Assembly: GCF_009914755.1 (NCBI RefSeq)
Contig: NC_060947.1
DNA length: 64,000 nucleotides
Reading direction: 5' to 3' (one strand)
Origin: the human T2T-CHM13v2.0 reference genome, Homo sapiens
Shown one piece after another: positions 52,881-64,000 of this stretch; position 1 is the stretch's first letter, and the number at the start of each line of letters is the position of its first letter. Position numbers and translations under genes: made by a program. The notes beneath the pieces were generated by a model, which was not told the origin of the DNA, did not search any database, and worked only from the letters and a program-made list of their open reading frames with translations.

Positions 52881-53509
52881 TTATGACATCTAATTGCTCA
52901 TGAGCATGTCCACTGCCATGGCAACTTTAAAGATCTTCATGCTCATTTATTAAAGTCTAGCAATTTATCCATAATAATACCATAATGAACAACAAAGAAA
53001 ATTATGATTTACTTCTCTATTTCCCAGTCACCTGCTATAATCTATTGTGTCCTTGATGAAAATCATCTTTATTAGTTTGAAAAAGGAAAGAGGTGTGGGG
53101 CAAAGATTTTCGGGGGAGAGATGCCTCACAAATGTTTTCCTGTCAAAGTAAGGAATGGGGAAGGGAAAATAATGAGAAACAAATCTGCATATAAACATGA
53201 AAATGTATTGCAGTTATATTAAGAAAAATTACAGTTGTGAAATTAAAATGCAAAGCTTCAACTCCTTAATCCTGCCTTAGAAGTAAGGACGTCTCAAGGT
53301 GCAAATTAAGTGTGTGTTATAGATGTAGGAGATAGTTGGGAGTGTTGGTAGTTCTAGTATTCAGGTGAGGAAAGTTTTGCAATATGTAAACTTCATGATG
53401 TATCCCTCTAGATTTTTTTCCTTTGGCATTCAAAATGATTTCAGTGGAAAATGTAAGTCTATTAGTAACTGCAAACATAGCAACAATACTGTCTTATAAT
53501 TGTATATAA

Positions 53510-53872
53510 CTTTTAAAAATCTGTGGTAAAATACACATAACATAAAATGTATCTTCTTAGCTATTTTTAATTGTACAGCTTGGTAGTGTTAACTATATTC
53601 ACATTGTTGTGCTGCAGACCACTGGAAATTTTTCATCTTGCAAAACTGAAATTCTATAGCCATTGAACAACAACTCCCCATCTTCCCCTCTTTTCAACCC
53701 TTGGCAATCACATTCTTACTTTTTGTTTCCATGAATTTGACTACTTTAGATACTTCATGTAAGTGAAATCATATGGTATTTGTCTTATTGTGACTTCACT
53801 ATTTCACTTAGCATGATGCCCAAAAGTTTCATCTATGTTGTAGCATGTGTCAGGATTCCCTTCCTTTTTAAG
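53510..53872 (-). mobile_element. L1MB (MB2/3-like) 3' end
   Basis: tgtggtaaaatacacataacataaaat...tttcatcttgcaaaactgaaa...gaatttgactactttagatacttcatgtaagtg. Confidence 0.85.
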
Positions 53873-54248
53873 TTGTTTAGCACTTGTAACCTTGAAACCA
53901 GTGTTTAGATATATTGACTAATTACACGTATGTATCAGCTGGAGAAAATGCTATGGCATTTTGCACAAACTGCATGTTTTATTTATTTATCTTTCAATTT
54001 TCCATAGGACCAATCCTGCACCTCAATATAACTTAAAATAGAAATTAAAACAGACAGATTAGAAAGTGAAAATACGAAGTATATTTTGAAGTTAATGAAT
54101 TATCTGCATTTGACCTGAACTATAACATGGTTATAATGATCAAATTCATAGATTATTAAGTTTACATCTCTAATCCTAATGTGGTAAAAAACTTCTAGAA
54201 TAGTGATGTGATTTGCCTGAGGTCGCACAGCTCAATATGGCCAAACTA

Positions 54249-55165
54249 GTATATTAGATTTCTGTTGCTATACAACAAATTGTGATGGACAGCAACTGAA
54301 AATAACACCCATTTATTGCCTTGCAGTTCTGTATGTTAGAAGTCTGGATGGGCTTGACTGGGTTTTCTTCTAGGGTCTTACAAGGCTGAAATCAACGTGG
54401 TAGCCAGGCTGGGCTCATATTGGAGGCTCTGTGGGGAATAACTGTCTCAAAAGCTCATTGAAATTTTTGGCAGAATTTAATTCATTATGATTGTAGGGCT
54501 TATGTTGCTGTTTCCTTACTGGCTGTCAGTACAGGGCTGAGTTTGGCTTACTAAAATCATTTGCATTCCTTGTTGTGGCCCCCTCCATCTTCAAACTGGT
54601 AGTGGTATGTTCTTTGTTTTTCTTTGCACTTTATTTTATTTATTTATTATTTTTGAGACAGTATGTTGCTGTCTCACCCAGGCTGGAGTGCAGTGGCACG
54701 ATCATAGCTCATTGCAACCTCAAACTCCTAGGCTCAAGTGATCCTTCTGCCTCAGCCTCCTGAGTAGCGAGGACTACAGGTGTGTGACATGATGCTCAGA
54801 TAATGCTTTAATTTTTTGTAGAGATGGCTGTCTTGCTATGTTGCGCAGGCTCGTCTCAAACTCCTGGCCTCAAGTGATCCTCCTTCCTCAGCCTCCCAAA
54901 GTGCTGGGTTATAGGCATGAACCACCACACCTGGCTCTCCTCTCCACTTTTAAAGGGCTTACATGATTAGATTGGCTCACCTGGACAATCTCATTTTTTA
55001 TTAACACAGAGTGAACTGATTTGTTATTTTAATCACATTGGCAGAATTTCTCTTGCTGTGTAATGTAACATAATCTTGGGCATGATAGCTCATGATATTC
55101 ACAATTCTATTAAGTAGGGCTGGAAATCTTGTCATGGAGACAATTTTGAAATTCTACCTACTGCA
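54249..55165 (-). mobile_element. MLT1E-like LTR inside a MIR, interrupted by an AluJ
   Basis: acacccatttattgccttgcagttctgta...acaaggctgaaatcaa...ggccccctccatcttcaaa before the Alu, and cttttaaagggcttacatgattagattgg...ttctacctactgca after it. Confidence 0.8.
54630..54935 (-). mobile_element. AluJ
   Basis: Antisense Alu with J diagnostics (gatcatagctca...aaactcctaggctcaagtgatcc). Confidence 0.92.
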
Positions 55166-55829
55166 ACTGGGATTAGAACTCAGATTTCACTTTAAGTGCT
55201 TTCCACTGCACTACCTTGAATATCTACGATTGTTCAAGGTGCTTTTATTTTAAGATTAGTTGCTAATATTTATCCATGAAGAGCAAAAGTTTAAAAGGAG
55301 TTTAAGTCAGCAAGGAAACTGCCTTCTGAGTTTATTGATTGAATGTGTGTGCTTCCAGACTGTATCACTATCCATAGAGACTAATGCAGGCAGGTTAATA
55401 GTGATCAGCTTTCTGATGGACTTGCTCAAGTTCTTAAGATATCCTAAATTGTAATATTAACACCATGCTGCTGCATTTTCTGATTGCCATTCAAACTTGA
55501 AATGCTAACTGTTGAGGTTATCGTGAGATTATAGACTGACAATATTACAGGCTGATGATTATTGATGAGACTTCATTTATCAGGCATGGAAAACATTATT
55601 TTGGCTAGTTGCAATAGTATCCTTCTTGCTGGTATTAACATGTCCTTTGCAATAACCATTAAAGAAAGTCTGTTTGATGACACAAAGGAAAAGTCAGTGA
55701 CCTTTCAAAAAAAAAAAAAAAAAAAAACCAGCGGCAGTTACAGCAAATTACACAGAAGCCTTCCCAAGGCAGTGGAGCTTAACAAAACATGGCCCCAGGA
55801 AACCTGATACCTTGAGATGTTTCTTCTGT

Positions 55830-56350
55830 GGTCAAATACTACGGTTAGCATGTAGTAAATTCACTAGTTTAGCTGGAGTGGAGGACTCATTTAAGTAGTA
55901 ATTGGAGAAAAGGCAAAAAAGATATATTGGAGCAGGTTACCAGACTAAATCATTTAGACTTTATTTTGTATGCAGTCAGAAATATTGAAGGTTCTGGAGC
56001 AAAATATGACATAATGAAAGGGGTATTTCATCAAAATTCATTGCAGTTTATTTAGAATGGATTGGAACACAGTGAGGCAACCTGTTACAAATAACTAGGG
56101 CATGAAGGGATGAAGGCTTGAATTAGAGTGTCAGAAGTAAAAAACATGGAGAGAAGTGAAATATTGCAACACATATTATGATGGAACAAAAATATTGAAG
56201 ACTCGAAATGAAAGGAGAGGACAAGGAGAGAAGTTTGTAGTTTTGGCATCGGAGAGCATTCCTATATTGCTGACAGAACAGGAGAAGGGTGGAAAGTGGG
56301 ATTTGAGGGAAGAATACGCAGAATGTAAGGCACTAGTGGAATGTGTCCAA
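55830..56350 (-). mobile_element. Degenerate L2 fragment
   Basis: Purine-rich L2-antisense-like motifs (tttagactttatttt...attgaaggttctggagcaaaatatgacataatga...gatgaaggcttgaattagagtg). Confidence 0.55.
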
Positions 56351-56517
56351 ATGTGAATGTTAATTTCTTATCCATTCATCATAAGTTTTCCACAGTGATA
56401 CTTTGTAAACTCAAGAATAACTTTGTTTTACAAACATTGTGTCTGACAGTGATATGATACACAATAGAAGGGGAAATATTTATTTAATTTGATTCAGTTT
56501 AAGATGTATTAATGTGC

Positions 56518-56856
<339 letters not shown>

Positions 56857-59759
56857 TTACACAAGCAGAAAGAGAAAAGGTTGCTAATAATTCAAGTCAT
56901 ACACTAGCATTTATGTTATAAAATCATTGTTAATTATATGAAGGTCTTTATTAGAATTCAGTGAATTTAGGACAAAAAGTAAACTTGTTTAAAGGTGCTA
57001 ACATCAGATTTAAAGCACATTTCATTTAAATAGGGAACAGAGTCAAGTAAATGAAGTATAAAATACCTTCACAGTTATACTTCCTGTCAAGTGTGTAGTC
57101 AACCCATAAATTGTCTATGCCATCAGATTTCTTTTGTTTTTGAAGGAAAAGAAACAGAAATTCAGTATTAGTGAGAGAAAGAAGCATCACCATTTTAAAA
57201 CATAGCTATAAATAATTCAATTTATTATAATTATAAGATTAATACATAAACATGGGTCGTTCTACTTGAGCCTTAACATTTTAATGCATGACCCATTGAC
57301 AAGTGGAGGTTTTCCTTCATCCCCCTCAACAATCTTATGTTAATTTCCTTAACTTGCCTGATACTAACGAAATGCTGGTGTTGATGCTCTTAGTATATCT
57401 ACGCTTAAGTTTGGGATATGCGTATAAGATCTGAAAAGGGTAGAAAATGCTAATAGAATCTAAATGATCTTCTCTCTGGTGTGTTTTTAATTCTTTGTAT
57501 TGATCACTCCTGAAGACATGATGAACCATACTTTAAGTTCCCATGAACCAAGAGCTGATTGATGCCCAGTTTAACATAAGCACCATTTTATGAGAGTTAC
57601 CATAGTGATCAGGTTCCAGTTATCAGCTTGAACAATTTAATATATGATTAATGTTAATTGCCCATTTTGCATGGATGACTTCTTCCTGGTTGCTGAATTG
57701 GTTGCTGCTGCCTTTGATCTAGTTGGAAATTCAATCCAGTGCAATAGTTAGGCAAGTGATCTGTTTGCCAGCACAGAAAAGATGGATTCAGTTTGCTGTG
57801 AGGTCAGAGTTTGTTTCTCTTCATAAACACTGGAAGGTCAGGTAGAGTTTAGCTACCATTGGCATCCTTAAAATGTTGTAATAAATGTCAGACCTAAGAG
57901 ATTTTTATTAATCCACACAGCAGTTGGAAGTCTTACTGTTCTGGCAAAATAAAGAGATTCTTATTTAATATAACGTGCACATTGAAATTCAGAGCAGCAC
58001 TTTCATAGTCAGGTAAACAACGCCTTCAAAGCTAATGTCATTTTTGGTTTTCTGGCTTCTAATGTACGCTAAACAGTGACACATTCAGGTACTATCTCAA
58101 GGGATTTTAAATATCAGTGATAACTCTGAAAAGTAAATCCCAAGTCATTGGTAATGGCTTTCACTTCAGGAATTCAATTGCAGTGGTTTTTACAAGTTGC
58201 TGCTAATACCACCCTTAACTACCACTATATTTGCAGCAATTTTCACAGACTGTCCTGGGATGTTATAAGTGTTTCTTTAAGAAGTAGGAAGACAAGCTTT
58301 CATTGAAGGGATGACATAAACTGTGATTCCTTGCTGAATCAAGGACTGCTCATATGATTTATATTAAATATCTTTAAAGCTTATGACATCATTAATTAAT
58401 TAACTGGATTTTTTCTTTGGAACAACAAAAATCACTCTTACTCAGTTGCTTACTCCTTGAATCACAAATGACATGAAACAAAAATAAATTCAACAGTCAA
58501 ATTTAGTAATCTTAATGAATGATGTATGAGCTACCTTCTCTATTGCTCAACTTGGAATAGATATATCACAGAATGTGTCCTATCTTATTGACACTAGAAG
58601 ACTTGCTGAAATTCTCTCTTAGGGAATTGCCAACTCTACAAAGTTTGTAAACTTCAAGGTAATGCTCTGATGGTAATCCACTTCAACTGCAGAAATATGA
58701 AGTACTGTTAATATATATTTTAAGTTGGTTTATTTTTCAATCTCAGGAAGCTGGGTGAGTATTTCATTTCTTCTAAAGAAGTTTACAGAATGACGGGGAA
58801 ATCATATGAGGATAAATTATGTTAAGGGATGACCTGGGCCCAGAGAAATTATGATTATTTAGTGTAATTTCCCTTTAAATAACCTAGAAATATTACACTT
58901 AATGTGAATTCTATAAAGCTGAATCTCTCCAAGATTTAGCTGAGGTATTTATTAAGTTTGACTATTTTATGGGGTTGTTTGCCTTGTACCATAACAACTT
59001 TCCTTTACAGTGTACATGAGTGATATATTGGCAGAGCCATTTGGATGGGAACTTTGTAAAAAGGCCTGTTTTATTTTACAGACTACAAATAACCTTGTAA
59101 TTAAACTGAAAACAAATAATTGCCAAGAAACAATTATCATTTAATTAAAGAGTAATTACATGGTTATTCGTGCCCTGTAAAATAAAGCATTACTAAGATC
59201 AGTAATGCAATCAACATTTTAGTAGAAGCAGGTGCTACAATGATGGACCTTTCAACCTATGCCGATTAAATTGTCATCCAAATAACAGTTACCTAGTTAA
59301 ACCACCACATGTTTATTTGCCTTGATTAATATGTGAATATCTGCCTGATGCTAATACAGCTCTTAAAGATAAGAAGTATGGCAAGATCATATATCAAGAA
59401 AGATCCTTCCCAACTTTTTACAGAGTCCTCCACAATCTTTCATCGTGTTGTCAGGTTCGTGTTCTTTAAAATGAAGTGCAGGAATGTCTAGGAATGTCGT
59501 ACTATGGAGAATCAGTAGGTCTAATAGAATAAAGCTATCTTATATTTGTATGTAGGTATATTGACTATAAAGCACTTTCACAAACTTCATTCCAATTAAT
59601 TTACTCTTGGGGCCCAAGTCTTTGTTCCAAAATTAAAAACAAAGAAATCTGAATGTGATATTTGATGACTGATAAATGTAAACAAGTTTGGAAGCAGGGA
59701 TCTCACAACCATACTCACTAAAGGGTCAATCAGAAATTTTAAATAACAGGGCAAACACA

Positions 59760-59960
59760 CATCTCTATAACTAGACCACAAGCTCCTGAAAGGCAAAACT
59801 TGTTCTAGGTTCTCACAATATATCAATGAAAAAATCAAACCAAAATCTTTGCCCTCGTTGAGGTTACATTTTACCCTCTGTGTCACTGATACCTAGCATT
59901 ATACCACACACACGCTTAATGGGTACCTAGTGCATGTTTGTTTACTAGATGACTGAATAA
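59760..59960 (+). mobile_element. L2 3'-end fragment
   Basis: actagaccacaagctcctgaaaggcaa...acctagca...atgtttgtttactagatgactgaataa. Confidence 0.55.
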
Positions 59961-60284
59961 GTGATATCGTTACTGCCTATGTGTGACTACAGGGGCCTTT
60001 ATTCCTTAAGCAGATCTTGAAGCTTGTAGGGCTTCTAAGTGAATAAGACAATGGGATCTATCCATAGCCTTCTTTACCCTTGTACACAGTCAGATTTGAG
60101 TTGATCATGTTTTGAAGCTGCTATAGTTATTGTGAAGTTCAAGATTTAAAAACACAATTATGTTATGATTAAATGAAACTGGCTCTCTGTTCTTGTGATC
60201 AAAGAGACCAGAGTAATTGAAGGAATATTTGGAAACTGTACAAGCAGTGAAAGATTGTTTCCTATGTATATTAATTAATTGTTT

Positions 60285-60500
60285 TAATTAACTTTTTGCT
60301 GGATCTTACTTTCTGCTAGAAACCATGAGAATTGCTTAGGATACAGTAACAAACAAAACCAGACAAGTATGCTACCTTCATGGAGCTTAGATTCCAGTTG
60401 GGGAGACTCACAATTAATCATACCAACAACATAAAATTATGAACTGAGATGAAAGTTAGGATGGATAATATGGTCCTCCTGGATTTTATAACATGGGGAA
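60285..60500 (-). mobile_element. L2 3'-end fragment
   Basis: ggatacagtaacaaacaaaaccagacaag...ccttcatggagcttagattccagttggggagac. Confidence 0.7.
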
Positions 60501-62519
60501 TAGATAGTACCAAGCCATTTGTGAAATAAGCTGTGAAACCATTTTTTTTTTTTTCAAATCTTCACCTTTAAGGTAGAACTACTGGACTAAGAGGCCTCTA
60601 ATGCTTCCCAAGCCTGGGTCAGATTGTTGGAAAAGAGTTGCTTCAGATAGTGAGAATTGACCAAGAAATTTGGAACAGAACTAGTTAAACCTTATGGCTT
60701 TCAAAGTGTACTGTTAACTGCTGGCAGTCATATGGCTCATCACGTGGAAGTAGAGGGAGCATCAGGCTGCTTAGTTCTGGAGGCAGCCAGTCTGAAAGTG
60801 TTCATGAGAATGGAGATAGCACTGAGATGTTTACAGCGGACAAATACAAAGACTAATCAGGTGTGTTTAAATAAAGTTAGTAGGCTTGAGTTCTGACAAA
60901 TAGAAGGACACAAAAAAGCATTTAGAAAGTATAGATTTGATGAAGCTTATTCGATAAAATAATGTGTCTTTCTCTGATGCCTGGATATATTCCGATGAAC
61001 ATTTTTCAGTGATATTGGGATCCTTTAGGACATTCGAAGTACATAGGATATTTCTGCTTCCAGCATTCCTTAAAAGAGTCAGAAAGCCATAAAATAGGGC
61101 AAAGGCAAACACGGTAAAACACTGAGTTAAAGAAAATAAATTATGGCCCAGAATCAAGTAGAAAGAAGGAGAGGAGAGTCCATTTATAAAATTGAAACAT
61201 CAAATGAGAAAAACAGAATCTTTTGCGCTAGATTGATATATAATATTGATGTACAGTGGAAGAAAATAACACTAGCACAGTGTATGAAAAATGAACTGGG
61301 TAACGATACCTCCGTGTAAGGTTGCTAGAAGTTGTTTTTCATTTAAAAGCAGAGTTTGTCTTACATTGATGGATCATTTTGCTACTGCAAAGTTGATAGA
61401 GTGAGGTTTAACTTAAATTTCTTTGTAAACCAAAAGTCAGTTTGGGGTATGTTCTCTATCTGAACCTCATACATTTTTGCTGCTAAAATTATTTAATATA
61501 GTATTTTGCAGTATTTTGTCAAAACTCATATCATTCAGCTTTGTAAAATGCATTTCTACTAAAAGGCAACAGCAATATCTTAGGCAACATTAGAAAGTAA
61601 TATTTGAAATATATTGGGTGACTCGAGAATAACTTGATCCTAATGTTCTATGACTTACAAGTCTCTTCATGTAGTGACAGCTTTAAAATGATATTTTCAG
61701 TACCCTAACTCTATTACGGTACAAGATGGAGGCAACAGATACTGACTTTTTATTTCATTATTAGCATTTGCAATTACAGTTTCTGAACTGCTAATGGGTG
61801 AAGAATGTACAAATGCAATGGGTTAGGTTAATGTTATAAGTTTATCATCAACTCATTAGTTAAAAACACCAATCAATCCGAGAGAAAAGACAGCCTAGAC
61901 TGCAAAGGTGGCAGGTTTTGTTAGTGTGGCCACTCCAAGAGAGTGAACTGCTTGTTATACAGCTTGGTTTAAAAACTACATAGGAAAACAAAACCTACTG
62001 AGGGTGGTAACCCTTTGTTCCTCGTTGGCTCCCAGCAGCTGTGGAAATGCTAATAAACATCAGCTTCTATTCTACATCTCTCAGCTCTTTACTATTCACC
62101 TCTGGCATGCTGGGCAGAGACTTAATCACTTCACATTCTATATAATCTTAATTCTGTGAGTCACTATCTCAGATCTCAGAAGCATTTATTAATACTTCAG
62201 ATCAAGCGTAGCTTTAAAAGCAGGGGTAACTTAGGGTTTCTCACACAACAGGTAAGCTGCATTGCAAAGTGCTGGCCTGTAAATGGAATCTAAACTAAAA
62301 TTGATCCCTTATGGCGCTAATGTTTGCCATAACAATGGTGGAAAATTTAGCGGAAAGTAAAGAATTGGTCTCTTAGTAATCCACGAAAATAGTCTTTAAT
62401 GTAAAATTCTATCACTTTTGGCAATTAAACAAGATTTAAAAGGTAAATATTGCAAGTGATGGTTTTCTCAAAAAGAGTACATTTTTAACCTTTATCTATA
62501 TTTGTCTGTTTTTCAACAG

Positions 62520-62632
62520 TTCAAGACCCGGCAGGCCCCCTAAGCGTTCTTTGGGAGTGTTGCAGGAAAATGCCCGCCTTCTGACCCATGCAGTCCCAGG
62601 CCTCTTATCGCCAGGACTTATCACTCCGACAG
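62520..62632 (+). CDS. DACH2: Internal coding exon (113 bp; phase 2 start, phase 1 end) of dachshund family transcription factor 2
   Basis: Acceptor ttgtctgtttttcaacag| and donor CAG|gtaata. From 62521 it translates without stops to SRPGRPPKRSLGVLQENARLLTHAVPGLLSPGLITPT(G). SSRPGRPPKR follows the DACHbox-N domain in dachshund proteins. The continuation SLGVLQENARLL matches DACH2 as I recall it, whereas DACH1 continues TQSVTSPENSHI. The exon is locally GC/CpG-richer than its flanks. Confidence 0.95.
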
Positions 62633-63349
62633 GTAATAAAATCCATCTGATGATCAGCCATGTCTCTTCGTACTGCCCAGCATTTGAAATAAACCAATAT
62701 TGATCTAACTGCCTTGTCCTTCAGAGCTTTTCAAGCTCTATTAGAGGTTACATTACTGAATTTTTTTATGTGTTCGTGAAAACAAATTTTTTTACTTGAG
62801 CGACAAATCAAATGGACGTGATTTTAAAAATTGTCGTATCATTGCAGAAAATCCCTTTCAAGGCCTTATTGTTTGTATATATGTATATGTTTCTGTGCTA
62901 GGGACAGGAATGGAGGCACTGGCCCAAACAGCATCATCTCGAAGCCTCCTATAGGGTGCAGCACTCCTGTATACTTAGGTCTCAGTAATATTCTTTTAGT
63001 TTCCAGTGGTTCTGGGCATTCATGTATGTTGTCCAAGTTATTACTCTAGGTTAAAAAGTAGACCTAAAATGCATCCTTGGTATAGGAGCCTTATGATTAG
63101 AGAAGAAGAAGGTGCAGGTGGTCATTGTCCTGAACAATGTCTTAGTGTTTTTCATTGAACGCTGTGAATAACTGGTAAAACTCCAGTGTTATAAATTAGC
63201 ATTGAACTTTGTTGAGTCCTTAAAAAAGTACCTGAGAGTACACAAAAACACTTTAAAATAAGCTTAATATTTCTATAATTGAATCTTTAAAAATCATTAA
63301 AGCTATTACATCATAGAAAATGAATTTAATAACAATGATATCTTTATAC

Positions 63350-63858
63350 ATAATGATACGAACATTTATAAAGCATCTGTTGTGTTCTGGGTACTCATTT
63401 CTAGGCATTGTAAAAATATACGAGTAGTGGTCCTTGCCACGCTAGAACTGGGGAGAGTGGAATGTAAATTAATAATTGCATTAAAGTGTCATAGAGGCCA
63501 AAATACAAGCACATACAAGGTGCTATAATATCATGTAAATGGAAGCAGTTATATCAATTTTGGTAAGTTGGGTAATACTCCATAAGATGGAAACTTTGGA
63601 GCTGTATTTTGTAGGCTGAGCATTGGACAGATGCAGAATCAGAGGAAGAGCATTCCAAGCAGATAGAAGAGTACAGATAGATGAGAAAAAGCCCAGTGTG
63701 TTATGGGGAGTAGCAGTTAAGTTGAAGAGACTGGAGCAGAGCTTTAAGGTAGAAGACTTATAGGTGATGTGGTTGGAATAGAAAGGGAGGGAAAAGCCAG
63801 CTTCTGAAACCAGTTTTTGATTTACCATGTTAAGCAATTTAAGTTTTTCCCTTTAGAC
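63350..63858 (-). mobile_element. L2 3' region
   Basis: aacatttataaagcatctgttgtgttctgggtact...ggaagagcattccaagcaga...gactggagcagag. Confidence 0.7.
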
Positions 63859-64000
63859 CAGTGGTTTCCAAAGTGTCTTTCAGGACTTTCCTTACTGGCT
63901 GACATAGAAGTGAGGAAGTACTTACATGCTCCACACTTCTGCCTCAGTTAGAATTTTATATGTTCTCCTTCACTTATGATTTTGTTTTGTTTTATTCTTA

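Overview
This is AT-rich primate genomic DNA, probably human or another great ape given a young L1PA2-type insertion and AluS/J elements. It has no CpG island and is dominated by interspersed repeats: L1PA/L1PB/L1MA/L1MB, Alu, MIR, L2, THE1/MLT1/LTR1 LTRs and hAT-type MER elements. The only protein-coding sequence I can support is a 113-bp internal exon at 62520-62632 (+ strand), missed by the ORF track. It encodes SRPGRPPKRSLGVLQENARLLTHAVPGLLSPGLITPT, which I recognise as dachshund homolog 2 (DACH2, X-linked in human), just C-terminal to the DACHbox-N domain. The rest of the window is therefore most likely a very long DACH2 intron. The listed ORFs are repeat remnants or chance ORFs. I see no evidence of a new multi-gene system. 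The most notable structures are: a THE1 provirus with two LTRs from different subfamilies and no TSD; a 62-bp orphan retro-insertion (24 nt plus poly-A) with its own TSD; a twin-primed L1PA2; a double-3'-end L1MA; a local foldback scar; a ~67-bp dispersed duplication; closely spaced inverted Alus; candidate recursive splice sites (polypyrimidine-AG|GT); and motif-dense repeat-free blocks that may be enhancers. Repeat subfamily names are from memory of consensus sequences and need RepeatMasker/Dfam confirmation.
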